A stretch of 36,110 nucleotides of DNA from Lama guanicoe (taxonomy: Eukaryota): assembly GCA_013239625.1 (NCBI GenBank), contig MU054145.1:1-36110 (forward strand), read 5' to 3'. Each line of letters begins with the position of its first letter. Position 1 is the first letter of the stretch. Positions 35,248 through 36,110 of this stretch are shown one piece after another. The notes below the pieces were generated by a model. The model was not told the DNA's origin. It made no database searches and saw only the letters and a program-made list of their open reading frames with translations. A program made the translations under genes and the position numbers.

Positions 35248-35342
35248 TTTGGAGATTGAGCCACTCCAATTTTTTAAGTGATATTCAAGTGGCAAGGACC
35301 TCCATTATTGGGAATACTTTTCCTGAAGTGATCATAAGGAAT
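35248..35342 (+). pseudogene. Exon (95 nt, phase 1/0; WRLSHSNFLSDIQVARTSIIGNTFPEVIIRN)
   Basis: ctcttttgcatttgacacag acceptor, perfect gtaagt donor at 35343, and 31 open codons. Confidence 0.55.
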
Positions 35343-35539
35343 GTAAGTAAATGAGCAGATTGGGTTATATGCTGGTCAGTTGCATAGGGTGAATAGAGAC
35401 TGTTATTACTTCAATCCTGAATTGTAAAGCCAAGGATATAAAATTCCTAGGCTTCAATAGAAGGACTTCAAAGAACTTTTATCTGATCATATAATCTTCT
35501 GAACTTTAGAATATATTTGAATCTGGCTACAGTTATTAG

Positions 35540-35900
35540 TGTTTGCCAAATATGTTTGTCTCTCCATCTTCTGCACACATGGTAAGATTGCACTTCCTGG
35601 CCTTCTTGCATTTGGGTGCCAATGATTTTGAGTCAAAGAGACATATGTCACTTTGATGAAAAAATGTTTAATAATTGGTCAGGATTCTCCAGTGTTGTCT
35701 GTTTCCCTTTGGTATGGTGACTAACAGTGTTACGATGGCTGCTCTGTCAGCCTGGGATCTTTAGTGACTATGATGATCAGAGACCCTGTGAGGATCTGTA
35801 GTGAACCTGTAGAATGAGTGAGAAATAAGGCTTTATTGTTTTAAATTACTTAGGTTGGGGATTATTTGTTGCTGTGTTATATAATGTTGTCTATTCTGAT
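35540..35900 (+). mobile_element. MLT1I/J-like solo LTR
   Basis: gattgcacttcctggcc...atatgtcactt...gtgagaaataaggctttattgttttaa...ggggattatttgttgctg. Confidence 0.75.
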
Positions 35901-36110
35901 TGGTACATGTTCTCTTTTCCATACTTACTTCTGTTCTCTCTGAGGCCAAGTCATATCAGTTACAGCGAGGACCCCAAATATTATTATTATTATTATTTAA
36001 AAACATTGATGACAAGATGGTTGAAAAAATGGAAAATAGTTAATAAATTTAAAAAATATATTGTAAAAATCTCCCCATAGAAGGTATATGATAACCATAA
36101 TAATGATAAT

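Larger units (their letters stand above)
28398..35342 (+). pseudogene. Second run of exon-like segments (28398-28447, 30121-30232, 30710-30851, 33955-34012, 35248-35342); extension of the gene above or a separate decayed gene
   Basis: AG/GT-bounded segments in unique DNA. The last four join in phase (1/2, 2/0, 0/1, 1/0), with stops at 30774 and 33985. Confidence 0.4.

Noticed and set aside
1..36110. Prokaryotic-type systems (CRISPR arrays, operons, rRNA)
   Set aside because: The window is CpG-poor mammalian DNA full of eutherian repeats; no spaced direct-repeat array or long ORFs are present.

Overview
AT-rich mammalian genomic DNA, most likely camelid (alpaca/llama/camel), because it carries three copies of a tRNA-derived SINE with the Vic-1 structure. 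Much of the window is interspersed repeats (MIR, L2, L1M, MLT1/ERVL and MER31 LTRs, hAT MERs), with subfamilies assigned from memory of consensus sequences. None of the supplied ORFs looks like a real gene. Reading for splice sites in the unique DNA reveals about 14 short + strand exons (207-23991), mostly phase-compatible. Spliced, they give a protein whose motifs resemble the tandem OB folds of the RPA1/POT1/MEIOB ssDNA-binding family, but it is not any member I recognise. It is interrupted by several stops and frameshifts, so it is probably a decayed (unitary pseudo)gene. A second run of + strand exon-like segments (28398-35342) either continues it or is a second decayed gene. There is also a near-perfect 334 bp tandem duplication at 9781-10448. 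The fold assignment is by eye and needs profile searches.
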